Below are positions 8,109 to 16,968 of a stretch of DNA of 64,000 nucleotides, piece after piece. The stretch spans positions 5,030 through 69,029 of the forward strand of contig JBAZKN010000002.1 of assembly GCA_041650755.1 (NCBI GenBank), given 5' to 3'. Numbering within the stretch: the stretch's first letter is position 1; every line of letters begins with the position of its first letter. This DNA is from Patescibacteria group bacterium. GTDB lineage: Bacteria; Patescibacteriota; Patescibacteriia; UBA1558; GWA2-36-10. Under the pieces are notes generated by a model. The model was not told where the DNA came from and did no database searches. It saw nothing but the letters and a program-made list of their open reading frames with translations. Position numbers and translations under genes: made by a program.

Positions 8109-8717
8109 TTATATTAAAAATTTTCTGGTTAGATTATCAATATTTTTATTTTTTAAATATCTATCAATATTTTTTATAGCTTTAGCATGAAAATTATCTC
8201 TATAATATTTTGGCGTCAGCTGAATTTTTGGTTTTAAATAAGAGAGTATTGACTTGGTCCAAGCTCGTATGGGGAATGGTCTACCGTCGTGTAATAGATG
8301 ATATTCTCTTTCTATTTTTTTGCTGGCTGCTAAAAAGTTTTTATAACTTTCAGTAAACGATGATAAGTCGGCAGCTCGTAATATTTTTTGCTCAGTGGTT
8401 TTTAGGGGGTAGCCAGCTTTGGTCGCCATAATTGTTTGTTGGACTTGCTTAACAGCCCCAGTTGGGTATTTTAAAGTTTTTAATTCTCGAGCGGTAATTT
8501 TGCCAGCTAGTTCTTCTTTGTTATTTTTAACTTTATCATAGCCAGCATCATGAAATAGGGCGGCTATTTCTACTATCTCCCGATTGACTGGCACCTTGTA
8601 TTTTTTGCAGCGGTGGATAAATTTTAAAGCTACTCGCCTGACCTTGAGAGCATGAGCAAAATTGTGATAGGGAAGTTTGCCATAATGTTTTCTGGCAATA
8701 GTTTCAATTTTAGTCAT
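8109..8717 (-). CDS. HD-domain phosphohydrolase
   Basis: HNFAHALKV ... LFHDAGY, the H..HD metal-binding motif. Confidence 0.7.
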   Translation of the reverse strand: MTKIETIARKHYGKLPYHNFAHALKVRRVALKFIHRCKKYKVPVNREIVEIAALFHDAGYDKVKNNKEELAGKITARELKTLKYPTGAVKQVQQTIMATKAGYPLKTTEQKILRAADLSSFTESYKNFLAASKKIEREYHLLHDGRPFPIRAWTKSILSYLKPKIQLTPKYYRDNFHAKAIKNIDRYLKNKNIDNLTRKFLI

Positions 8718-8767
8718 TAGTTTTTATTTTATTTAAACTTGTCAAATAAATGCAGGTTTTGGCATTA

Positions 8768-8796
8768 TTGACATTTTTGTGCCATCAGTATAAAGT
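8768..8796 (+). promoter_or_regulatory. sigma70-like promoter (TTGACA ... TATAAA/TAAAGT) in AT-rich DNA, just before the high-GC cassette D
   Basis: ttgaca tttttgtgccatcag tataaagt. The GC-rich ORF starts 80 bp downstream. Confidence 0.4.
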
Positions 8797-8877
8797 AATA
8801 CGTCGTATAGTCAGGAAACTTTGCCAGTGGCTACAAGTGTTCGTTCTGGCCATGTACACACGAGACAAGGAGGCACC

Positions 8878-9210
8878 ATGAAGAAGAAGTCTGCTTTGCT
8901 TGCCATGACCACGGATCACCCCGAATGGGGCAAGTTCATGGCCCGCCTGCATGGTCCAAGGGGGTGCAATGCTCGTCAGAAGAAGGGCGTGGGGACCATC
9001 TACACCTGTGGGCATGAGTCTGATCGTCCTCGCATCAGGGCAATTCTCCAGGAGATGGGGGATGTCGATATCCCTCATACGATGGGGTGCTTCACGAAGC
9101 GGGGCCTCATGTGCGACTGCGCGGTCGCCCGCAGCGGCATCGCGCCCGCGCCGAAGCGGGTGCTGCCAGAGCAGCGTTCGTGGTGGGAGATCATGATGTC
9201 GCGACCGTAG
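8878..9210 (+). CDS. Cys/His-rich small protein (110 aa), cassette D gene 1
   Basis: Perfect SD caAGGAGGcacc before the ATG at 8878. Strong GC3 periodicity. Motifs GCNAR..., CGHESD, HTMGC, LMCDC suggest metal binding. Terminator-like hairpin downstream. Confidence 0.6.
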   Translation: MKKKSALLAMTTDHPEWGKFMARLHGPRGCNARQKKGVGTIYTCGHESDRPRIRAILQEMGDVDIPHTMGCFTKRGLMCDCAVARSGIAPAPKRVLPEQRSWWEIMMSRP

Positions 9211-9527
9211 GCTTGCCTTTAGCCGTCCACTGGGACCCTTCGAGGGTTCTGTGGGCGGTGTTTTTTTATTTTTCAATTATTTTTTTCTTGCCACCTTTTT
9301 ACCCTTCAACTCCCCCTCGACTTGGTTCGACTACGCTCACCACAAGTCGCTCGGGGTCAGACAACACGGTTTTTTAACGTGGCTAGTCGCTGCCAAATTT
9401 TAAGTTTTTCTAAGGGCGGGGTCGTTTGATTTATTTTTTAATCAAATTTTCTAAGTATAATTATTATAGAAAACATCCTGAGAGGGGGCGGGGATGCGTC
9501 GGGTGCATCCCCGAGAAGACTGGTGAT

Positions 9528-9713
9528 TCAGTACTTGCGATAAGGGTGCTCAGGCCCAGGGCCGCCGTGCTTGATCGGCTCGCCGTTCATTGGCCAGCGG
9601 CATCGTGGGCACTTGCGGAATGGAGGAGGATTGTTCACATCCTCGTGGCTGGTGTCGGTGTATAGACATCCAACGTTAGAGCACGCCCAAGTGTAATTTG
9701 GCGGAGGGAACAT
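9528..9713 (-). CDS. Zinc-ribbon-like mini-protein (61 aa), cassette D gene 2, convergent with gene 1
   Basis: SD aAAGGAGaaagacc before the ATG. CxxxxC ... CPRC spacing. An 8-bp perfect hairpin GGGGATGC/GCATCCCC lies just past the stop. Confidence 0.55.
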   Translation of the reverse strand: MFPPPNYTWACSNVGCLYTDTSHEDVNNPPPFRKCPRCRWPMNGEPIKHGGPGPEHPYRKY

Positions 9714-9865
9714 GGTCTTTCTCCTTTGGGGGATGTGGTTCTTTGGCCTCTTCTCAAGATGTTTTAAAGAGCGAGATTATGTAATTAATTTTATTTATTT
9801 TGTAATATAAATGGGAAATGTATTTCACTACACTAAACCCCTACCTTTTTGGCAGGGGTTTATAA

Positions 9866-12814
9866 TTATTTCATATCACATGCCCCTTTGAATCCACACT
9901 GCTTTGAACATTCCGTGCAACCGCCCATTTTGACCATAATGCCTTGCTTGCAGTTGGGGCAGATTTTACCGACCTCTGTGCCATAGCGATCATCTAGCTC
10001 TTCTTGCAGTACTTCTTTGGCAATTTCCAAGTGCTTTAAGGGGTTTTGGATTTCCGGCATTTCTACCGTATCTGGCGTGGGGGCAATGGCCACCTTAAGA
10101 GTTTTCTGCTCGGTTTCTTTTTTGCCGTTGTAAGCCAGATTTTTCTTTTCGGTTTCTTTATCTAGAGACAATACCTGTTCTTGCCGGCTGGCATCACGAT
10201 AAATAGTCACACCTTTACAACCTAGCTCGTAAGCTTGTTCATAGAGAACAGTAGTTTGTTCGACGCTGAAGTCAGCTGGAGCATTAGCCGTTTTGCTGAT
10301 AGAAGAGTCTGTCCAGCGTTGGACAGCTGCCTGCACCTTGATGTGATCGAGAGGAGACAGGTCCATGGCTGATACAAAGAAATCAGGCAGGTGACCATTG
10401 TGTTTGTAGAGATCAGCTAGCGGTATATAGACTTCGTGAAAACCAAGTCTGGATTGGCGGTAAAATTTGAAAGCATAATATGGCTCGATGCCGGTAGACG
10501 TCCCCAACATTGATCCGACTGTGCCGGTTGGCGCTTGCGTAGTCAGCGTGACATTGCGCAGGCCCTGCTCGCGGATCATGCCTCTCACATCTTCGGGCAA
10601 AGTTTTGACAAATCCGGTTTCTAAGAATTTTTCTGATTCAAACTTCGGGAATGAGCCTTTTTCTTTGGCCAGCCGAGATGATTCACGGTACATCTCGATT
10701 GTAATAGTCTGGAAAAGGCGGTCAATAAGTGGGGCTGCTTCACTGGAGCCATATTTGAGGCGCAGTTTTATTAATAATTCGCCCAAGCCCAAAGTGCCGC
10801 CACCGATGCGGCGCTCATTTTTTTGATTCAGCTCATTTTCTTTGAAGTGATAGGGCGTAAGGTCAATGACATTATCCAAAAATCTGGTCAAAACTCTGGC
10901 AGATTTTTTCAGGCCCTCCCAATCAAGCTCATACAATGGCCCTAGTTCGTCTTCACCCACCTGTCTGGCAAAAGAAGCCAAGTAAAGATGTCCTAAGTTG
11001 CAGACGCCCCAGGGCGGTAAGCCTTGCTCGCCGCAGGGATTGGTGGACACTAGCTTGTTGTAGTAGCTGGAATTGCTCAGTTTGTTGTAGCGCTCCATAA
11101 ATACTACGCCCGGTTCAGCACTGGCATGGGCCGAAGCAATGATTTTGTTCCATAGATCCCGCGCCTTGATGGTCTTGTATATTTTTACCGGATAGCCGGC
11201 GGCTTTCCAGGCATGCAGGTCGCCATCCCAGATATTGTCATAGATATCTTTATAGGCCGGGTTTTCATAGTCGGGGAACTCCAGATTCCAATATTCGTCA
11301 TTTTTGACGGCCTTCATAAAGGCATCAGATACCATGACGGAAATATTAGCATTTTCTATTTGGCCGGCTTTGGTTTTGGAGCTGATAAATTCTAAAATAT
11401 CCGGATGCCAGTCCCATTGCATCAGCATCAGGGCTCCTCGGCGCGAACCGCCTTGTTCTATCAGCCCGGTAGCATAAGAAAATAATCCCCCCCAAGAAAC
11501 AGAGCCAGAAGATTTGCCGTGCACGCCTTTGACGTAGGCATATCTGGGGCGCAAGGCAGATAGCGACATGCCCACGCCGCCACCGCGAGAAAAAACTTCG
11601 GTCATATGATAGAGCGTGTCAGCAATGATGGCTTTGCGGGAGTCGCGCGGTCCGGGCAAGACATAGCAATTGAATAGTGTCAGGTTGGAGGTGTAGTTGC
11701 CGTGGGTGTCGACGTTGGCGCCGGTCATGATGCGGCCGCCTGGCTGGATATGCTTGTCGTGCAATTCTTCAAAAAATATTTCAAAATATTTTTCTTTATT
11801 TTCCGGGCTAGTTTCCACTGAAGCCACAGCCTTGGCAATCCGGCGGTGAGCATCCTCTATGGATTCTCGCGGCTTGTCGCATTTATATAGGTCTTGCTCA
11901 AATTCAAAATTATTGGCCGGATCAGCAAAAGCGCCAGTCAGCATATGCAGGATAGTTTTGTCATCGGGCAAAATGTGCTTGATGATGCCCAAGTCTTTTT
12001 TGGGATATTTGCGGTCTTCTTTGGAGATGACAATTACCAGATCACCTAGCTCTATATCCTCCCTTTTATCTTTGATAGAGTAGCGATCAAGAAAAATGAT
12101 CCGACCCAGCTCATCAAAGCCAACAGAGTTATTTAGAATATGCTTAGCCTGCTTGCTGAGATTGATGCCTTTGGCCTCCAGAGCCTTTACTTCCGGCGAA
12201 GTGACTTCCTTACCCAGTTCGAGGCGGATTTTTTTGCGCTGTTCGCGGTAGAGGATAAAGGCTTTGGCGGTTTTGGCCCAATTTGACTGGATCAAGATGA
12301 TTTCTATGATATCTTGGATTTGTTCGACGTTTGGTATGGTGTGGCCGTCATACTTATGCTCTAGTATGGAGATGGTAATATCCGCCAGTTTTTTGGCTTC
12401 CAGCTCATCAAACTCCTGGGTAGCATTGCCGGCCTTAAGAATCGCCATAAAGACCTTGTTTTTATCAAAGTCAACAATGGTGCCGTCCCGTTTGCGTATT
12501 TTAGTGATATTAGAAAAAATTTTTTGCTGGGCGTCAGCCTTAGCATTTCTAGTTTTAAAGTAAGCCTTGGCTACTTGGGGCAGATTGTTTTCCAATAATA
12601 CTATATTTACAGCACTGCGGATGTCGTCGCTGGTAATCAATTCTTCGTCTGAATAGATATTTTCGATATATTTGACCACTTGTTGGGCGAATTTATCAGT
12701 TAAAGGGTTGTCTTGCAGGCCGGCACTCAAAAGGGCGCCTTTTAGAGAAGCGGCGATTTTGTCTTGGTCAAAATCTTCGGTGTTACCGGAGCGTTTTTTC
12801 ACTTGGCGAGCCAT
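9866..12814 (-). CDS. nrdJ: Class II (adenosylcobalamin-dependent) ribonucleotide reductase with N-terminal ATP-cone and C-terminal Zn ribbon
   Basis: ATP-cone (VKKRSGNTEDFDQDKIAASL), the catalytic NPCGEQ motif and a C-terminal CPNCKQG...CTECSKQC. Start taken at MARQVKK (12814). The 28 extra N-terminal residues of the ORF-track model (ATG at 12898) would overlap the upstream palindromes. Confidence 0.85.
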   Translation of the reverse strand: MARQVKKRSGNTEDFDQDKIAASLKGALLSAGLQDNPLTDKFAQQVVKYIENIYSDEELITSDDIRSAVNIVLLENNLPQVAKAYFKTRNAKADAQQKIFSNITKIRKRDGTIVDFDKNKVFMAILKAGNATQEFDELEAKKLADITISILEHKYDGHTIPNVEQIQDIIEIILIQSNWAKTAKAFILYREQRKKIRLELGKEVTSPEVKALEAKGINLSKQAKHILNNSVGFDELGRIIFLDRYSIKDKREDIELGDLVIVISKEDRKYPKKDLGIIKHILPDDKTILHMLTGAFADPANNFEFEQDLYKCDKPRESIEDAHRRIAKAVASVETSPENKEKYFEIFFEELHDKHIQPGGRIMTGANVDTHGNYTSNLTLFNCYVLPGPRDSRKAIIADTLYHMTEVFSRGGGVGMSLSALRPRYAYVKGVHGKSSGSVSWGGLFSYATGLIEQGGSRRGALMLMQWDWHPDILEFISSKTKAGQIENANISVMVSDAFMKAVKNDEYWNLEFPDYENPAYKDIYDNIWDGDLHAWKAAGYPVKIYKTIKARDLWNKIIASAHASAEPGVVFMERYNKLSNSSYYNKLVSTNPCGEQGLPPWGVCNLGHLYLASFARQVGEDELGPLYELDWEGLKKSARVLTRFLDNVIDLTPYHFKENELNQKNERRIGGGTLGLGELLIKLRLKYGSSEAAPLIDRLFQTITIEMYRESSRLAKEKGSFPKFESEKFLETGFVKTLPEDVRGMIREQGLRNVTLTTQAPTGTVGSMLGTSTGIEPYYAFKFYRQSRLGFHEVYIPLADLYKHNGHLPDFFVSAMDLSPLDHIKVQAAVQRWTDSSISKTANAPADFSVEQTTVLYEQAYELGCKGVTIYRDASRQEQVLSLDKETEKKNLAYNGKKETEQKTLKVAIAPTPDTVEMPEIQNPLKHLEIAKEVLQEELDDRYGTEVGKICPNCKQGIMVKMGGCTECSKQCGFKGACDMK

Positions 12815-12894
12815 AAATTTGCTTTTATTTAAGGATTTTTTATTAGTTTTATTGGCCGATAAAAAAATGGCCAAAGGACATTTTACGCTGTAAA

Positions 12895-12910
12895 ACACAA
12901 CATATTGTGT
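12895..12910. promoter_or_regulatory. NrdR-box-like 16-bp palindrome upstream of nrdJ
   Basis: acacaacatattgtgt, immediately preceded by a second palindrome ttttacgctgtaaaa (12880-12894). It resembles the NrdR operator consensus. No nrdR gene lies in the window. Confidence 0.3.
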
Positions 12911-13024
12911 TCAAAATCATTATAGCATACAAGATATAGGTTTAGCAATTTTGTTAGTTTGTGGCTATTTTTAGCCAAAATATTATAACCCAAAGATTTT
13001 AAAAATCCAAGCTGTGCATAACTT

Positions 13025-13080
13025 GCCCTCCTTTGCGGGAAAACAGGGATTAAATTATTAGAAAATGGGCAAAGGAGGGC
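13025..13080. repeat. 12-bp perfect inverted repeat (gccctcctttgc / gcaaaggagggc) with a 32-nt loop in the nrdJ upstream region
   Basis: Read directly from the sequence. Followed by a second GC-rich hairpin, ccccgc...gcgggg (13083-13108). Confidence 0.5.
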
Positions 13081-13138
13081 ACCCCGCGGAGCTTCAGCGG
13101 AGCGGGGTTTGCTCCAAGACGGCAAAGTCTTACTAAAG

Positions 13139-13167
13139 TTGGCAAAAATTTACCTTTCTGCTATTAT
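13139..13167 (+). promoter_or_regulatory. sigma70-like promoter TTGGCA-N17-TATTAT
   Basis: Positioned 17 nt upstream of the ATG at 13184 (short or absent leader). Confidence 0.35.
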
Positions 13168-13183
13168 TGCTTTAACTATACAT

Positions 13184-13399
13184 ATGGCCAGTATTTTTAA
13201 GAAAAAGAAGAATTATAGAAAAGAAGGCCCAAAAAATAGGCCTCGCCTTGAGCGGCATAGACCGCGCACCTCTGATAAGGACCTGGTTGACCCGGTTGCT
13301 TATTGCGGAGATTTGGATTTGGGTAAATATCCTGTTTTGCCGCCCACCAAAAAAGAAGAACAGGAGTTTGACGTAGAAAATCCATTGAATAAGAGATAA
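13184..13399 (+). CDS. Small basic hypothetical protein (71 aa)
   Basis: ORF MASIFKKKKNYRKEGPKNRPRLERHRPR... No SD, which is consistent with host genes. Followed by a bidirectional terminator. Confidence 0.35.
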   Translation: MASIFKKKKNYRKEGPKNRPRLERHRPRTSDKDLVDPVAYCGDLDLGKYPVLPPTKKEEQEFDVENPLNKR

Positions 13400-13403
13400 A
13401 TAT

Positions 13404-13444
13404 AAAAAACGCGCTAGTTTTTCATTGAATCGGCGCGTTTTTTT
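13404..13444. terminator. Bidirectional intrinsic terminator between convergent genes
   Basis: aaaaaacgcgc ... gcgcgttttttt. Confidence 0.6.
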
Positions 13445-14801
13445 AATTTAAAACAATACTTTCCTTTATTTTTATAGCCTGGACCGCAAAACCCAGATCT
13501 TTTTGGATTTTGTCAGCCAAAATTTGAGTTGCAGTCGGATCACCATGCACCAAAAACACCTTTGGTTTATTTTTAAAAGCTTCCAGCCACTTTAGTAGGC
13601 CAGCTTGATCAGCGTGGGCTGAAAAACCATCGATTTTTTCTACCCCGGCCCGGATTGGTATTTTGTGCCCGCCGTAGCGGAAATCAAAAGCGCCATTAAC
13701 GAGAGCATGGCCTAGGGTGCCAGGCACTTGATAGCCCATAAACAGAATGTGATTTTTTTCTTGGCTGGCATAAACAGCCAGATGGTGGATGATGCGGCCG
13801 CCATCGGCCATACCAGCTCCGGCCAAGATGATTTTCGGAGCAGGAGCCAGATTTATTTGTTTTGACTGGGCGGCAGTGTTGGTGATCTTGAGATGCGGAA
13901 AACTAAAGATATCATGATCATGCTCTAAGGCGCCTTGGGCGGCTACGTTTAAATCCTGGACATTTTGTTTGTATATCTTGGTAGCTTCATAGGCCATAGG
14001 ACTGTCCAAATATACCGGCACTCTAAAGTCCAGATGTTTTTCATAATAATCATTGAGGACTTTTAGGATATCTTGAGCACGCTCAATAGCAAAGACAGCA
14101 ATAATCAAAGTAGAGCTATGGCGGGTGACTCTTTGCACAGCTTCTAGGAGTTTGGCGTTGCGATTTTTGATCTGTTCATGCAGCCGGTCGCCATAAGTGC
14201 TTTCCATGATGACAAAGTCAGCTTTAGATAAATATTCAATATTTTTCACCAAAGGCATATTTTCTCCGCCAATGTCACCGGTGAAAACAATAGTTTTTGG
14301 TCCGGCTTTTATTTCCACCAGGCTGGCGCCCAAAATATGGCCAGAATTGTAGAGGGTAAAACTTAATTCAGAATTCAGCTGATTATTTTTGTGGTAGTTT
14401 ACTAGAGTCCAGTGCTTATTCAATTCGTCTAAATCAGTTTGAGCATATAGCCAGCTCAGAGAATGCTCAGCCACCCTTTCCTGCATTACTTTGAAGCTGT
14501 CGGCTAGGATAATGTCAGCTAGCTGCCGGGTTGCTTTGGTAGCAAATACAGGCCCGCGGAAGCCTCTTTTAAAAAGCAGGGGCAATCGGCCGCAGTGGTC
14601 AAGATGGGCGTGGGTCAAAATCACAGCATCAATGCTTTTGGCATCAAAATCAAATTCCGACCAATTTTTCAGATAATTTTCATCACCGCCTTGCCAAAAG
14701 CCGCAATCAATTAAAACCCTAAAATCGTCCACTTTGAGCAAGTGGCAGGAGCCGGTGACTTCTTGCGTGGCACCATAGGATGTTAGGGTGATTTTTGGCA
14801 T
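13443..14801 (-). CDS. MBL-fold beta-CASP ribonuclease (RNase J/CPSF73-like)
   Basis: The HAHLDHCG (HxHxDH) motif, a beta-CASP region, and a length of 452 aa. Confidence 0.7.
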   Translation of the reverse strand: MPKITLTSYGATQEVTGSCHLLKVDDFRVLIDCGFWQGGDENYLKNWSEFDFDAKSIDAVILTHAHLDHCGRLPLLFKRGFRGPVFATKATRQLADIILADSFKVMQERVAEHSLSWLYAQTDLDELNKHWTLVNYHKNNQLNSELSFTLYNSGHILGASLVEIKAGPKTIVFTGDIGGENMPLVKNIEYLSKADFVIMESTYGDRLHEQIKNRNAKLLEAVQRVTRHSSTLIIAVFAIERAQDILKVLNDYYEKHLDFRVPVYLDSPMAYEATKIYKQNVQDLNVAAQGALEHDHDIFSFPHLKITNTAAQSKQINLAPAPKIILAGAGMADGGRIIHHLAVYASQEKNHILFMGYQVPGTLGHALVNGAFDFRYGGHKIPIRAGVEKIDGFSAHADQAGLLKWLEAFKNKPKVFLVHGDPTATQILADKIQKDLGFAVQAIKIKESIVLN

Positions 14802-14802
14802 T

Positions 14803-15465
14803 TTATCCGCAATTTATGCAGTCATAGCTTTGCAATTCTTGATAAAATGGTTTTAATTTCAAAATATCAATAACCTTTACCGTATTTTTCAATTGCCACT
14901 GTTTGCAACTGGCATTGGCGGTATTCTTTTGGATGCACTGAAAACCAATTTGCTTAAATGTCGTTTGCAGATCGGTAGACGGATTATTATTCAATGATAT
15001 ATTCGCTCCGAGCGTATAATTTTCTCCACTAACGCCGAAGATTTTACTTAGGCGATCGGCGTCACCACAGTCGGAAGCAGTGAATAGTTCTCCTAGATGC
15101 CTCAGGGATTCATACTTTGTGTCTATTGGGTATATGTTGTAGCCAGCTTCTGTTGGCGTTGGCGCGGCAGTGCATAAGTTATTTATTGTTTGGTTTTTTT
15201 CTAATTCAGTTAATTTATTTTCATTCTCCGATAATTTGTTTGTTAGTTTTGTAATTTGATTTTCCGCAGCATTAAGCTTGTTTTGCATTTCAGTGCGTAT
15301 TTTTTCTTCATTAGCTTTGATTAATTTCCTGGCTTCCATATTTTGCCAATAATATACTCCACCACCAACCAGCAGAGCAACGATGATGGCAATCAATACT
15401 ATTGGACCAGAAGAGCTACTTTTTGGCGGCGTGGAACTTACATAAATAGGTTTTTTGTCGGGCAT
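14803..15465 (-). CDS. Membrane-anchored coiled-coil protein with C-terminal Cys-containing domain
   Basis: N-terminal TM segment, heptad-rich segment (KLTNKLSENENKLTELEKN) and 6 Cys residues in the C-terminal half. Confidence 0.5.
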   Translation of the reverse strand: MPDKKPIYVSSTPPKSSSSGPIVLIAIIVALLVGGGVYYWQNMEARKLIKANEEKIRTEMQNKLNAAENQITKLTNKLSENENKLTELEKNQTINNLCTAAPTPTEAGYNIYPIDTKYESLRHLGELFTASDCGDADRLSKIFGVSGENYTLGANISLNNNPSTDLQTTFKQIGFQCIQKNTANASCKQWQLKNTVKVIDILKLKPFYQELQSYDCINCG

Positions 15466-15470
15466 AGTTT

Positions 15471-16052
15471 TTATTTTTTTAAAAATGGGTTAGGCATATT
15501 AAATATTATTTTTGGTGTGTGATTATTTATTCTATCCAGAGATATTTTGTATTTTTTGGCGTAGATGATGTCGGCAGCACCAAAAATAGCTTTTTTGTAA
15601 TCCAAACTAAGCCGCCGGCAAATATTTTTGACCTTTTTTTCTGAACAATCTTCGATTTCTAGATATGGGTCTAGGAAGGGCCAATGGTCGATTGTTATTT
15701 CGGCGCCATTTAGTTTCCACAATTCCCGCCAGTTTTCTTGATAGGCTTTTTGTTCGCAGCCCAAGCACAGTAATAATTGTCTAGCTGTTTCCAGGTTGTC
15801 TATTTTTAAGCAAATTTCTTTTTGGTCGGTGATTTTTGAGCCGCGGACCACTTTTAGACTCATGGTAATTTTGTCTTTTTCCTGGCGCAGTCTTAGCCAT
15901 GATCCTTTTTTGTTTTTAGGTAAATTAAAAATGTACCGTTTTTGCAAAAAAGAGGAGTAGATTTTTTTGGCGCCAATTTTTTTAAGTTGTCTTCGGATTG
16001 CCGAGACATTAATATCCAAAAAAGTGGCCTCGTATTCTATGGGTAAACGCAT
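15471..16052 (-). CDS. CYTH-domain protein (CyaB/thiamine-triphosphatase-like)
   Basis: N-terminal EYEATF motif region, 193 aa. Family call is moderate. Confidence 0.45.
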   Translation of the reverse strand: MRLPIEYEATFLDINVSAIRRQLKKIGAKKIYSSFLQKRYIFNLPKNKKGSWLRLRQEKDKITMSLKVVRGSKITDQKEICLKIDNLETARQLLLCLGCEQKAYQENWRELWKLNGAEITIDHWPFLDPYLEIEDCSEKKVKNICRRLSLDYKKAIFGAADIIYAKKYKISLDRINNHTPKIIFNMPNPFLKK

Positions 16053-16095
16053 ATAGGCAATTATACCATATTTTTTTGTGTTTAGGGGGCGTGTA

Positions 16096-16124
16096 TTGAC
16101 AATTTTATTATATTTTGCTATAAT
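16096..16124 (+). promoter_or_regulatory. Perfect-consensus sigma70 promoter TTGACA-N17-TATAAT preceding cassette E
   Basis: ttgaca attttattatattttgc tataat. A roughly 120-nt leader follows, with a hairpin (cagtc...ggcctttgtgaaacaggcc...gactg), then the SD AAAGGAGG. Confidence 0.55.
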
Positions 16125-16248
16125 ATTTTGATACAGTCAAAAGTTGGCCTTTGTGAAACAGGCCCTAGACTGTTACTTTGAACCTTCAATTATTCTCCCA
16201 AGTACTATGCTATAACAAAACGCCTAACGGCAGGCAAAAGGAGGCCTC

Positions 16249-16968
16249 ATGGACAAAGCGTTGTTGGAACAGGTGGCCGGGCGACTAGACGAGAAAGTCG
16301 CCGTGGCCCAACTACTGGTGGTGCACATGCTCGCTTCTGACCCTCCTTCATCCGAGGTTGATATGCTGGCCATTCACGGACTCTCGGCCGGCATGTACCA
16401 GAGCGGGAATCTCCTGGAGTGCGCTGCCGAGCTCTGGCGTTCAGGGCTTGCCAGCCACATGGCAGTGGTCGGCGGTGACGGCAGTCCGACGGGCCAGTCG
16501 GCTCCGGGAGCATCCTGGGTCGGGTCCAGCTTTCTGATCGAAGAGCTGGCCAAGCGCGAAGTCCCCCAAGACCAGATCATCGTGATGGATCCCATCACCC
16601 ACACCAAGGAGGAGGCTTACGCCATCGTCCGGGCGGCCATGAAGCACGGGTACCGGAGCGTGATGAGCGTAACGGTGCCTTACCATGGCCCCAGAGTGCT
16701 CTCCTGCCTGGTCGCGGTGATGAAAGAGTTGGGCTACTGGATCGAGTGGCACATGATGGTGCCGCCCAAGGTCAACTGGACCCTGGAGATGGTCGCTTCC
16801 CAGGGCAAGGGCACGACCAACTCCCTGTTCGCGGCCATGGACGATGCCGCCAAGGTCCAGAAGTACGTGGACAACAGTTTCGGTGCTTCCTACCCGGAGG
16901 TGATCTACTACCTGCTCAATCGTGCTCGGATCGTCGAGCACCAGCAGTGGGATTTCCCTGGGGCGTAA
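16249..16968 (+). CDS. DUF218 (YdcF/ElyC/SanA)-like protein, high-GC cassette E
   Basis: SD aAAGGAGGcctc ATG. GC about 62%. Motifs VVGGDGS, THTKEEAYAI and TVPYHGPRV align with the DUF218 GG, NTxENA and TSxxHMxRA boxes. Confidence 0.5.
   Translation: MDKALLEQVAGRLDEKVAVAQLLVVHMLASDPPSSEVDMLAIHGLSAGMYQSGNLLECAAELWRSGLASHMAVVGGDGSPTGQSAPGASWVGSSFLIEELAKREVPQDQIIVMDPITHTKEEAYAIVRAAMKHGYRSVMSVTVPYHGPRVLSCLVAVMKELGYWIEWHMMVPPKVNWTLEMVASQGKGTTNSLFAAMDDAAKVQKYVDNSFGASYPEVIYYLLNRARIVEHQQWDFPGA

Noticed and set aside
8785-9276. 163-aa minus-strand ORF spanning cassette D
   Set aside because: It runs antisense to the SD-led, GC3-periodic plus-strand gene 8878-9210. Long open antisense frames are expected in 60% GC DNA. 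No SD or start context.
9866-12898. Intein inside the 1010-aa RNR, and the longer N-terminal start at 12898
   Set aside because: No intein block motifs (C/S..TxxH, terminal HN) were seen. The length is explained by the ATP-cone plus Zn ribbon. The extra 28 N-terminal codons overlap palindromic operator-like sites and precede the conserved ATP-cone start MARQVKK.
12818-13110. Cobalamin riboswitch upstream of nrdJ
   Set aside because: No B12-box (GCCACTG-like) or the characteristic multi-stem core was recognisable. The structures present are simple palindromes.
16247-16941. Minus-strand ORFs (16247-16513, 16374-16607, 16441-16941) inside cassette E
   Set aside because: Same reasoning: antisense artefacts of high GC. 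The plus-strand DUF218-like ORF has the SD and family motifs.
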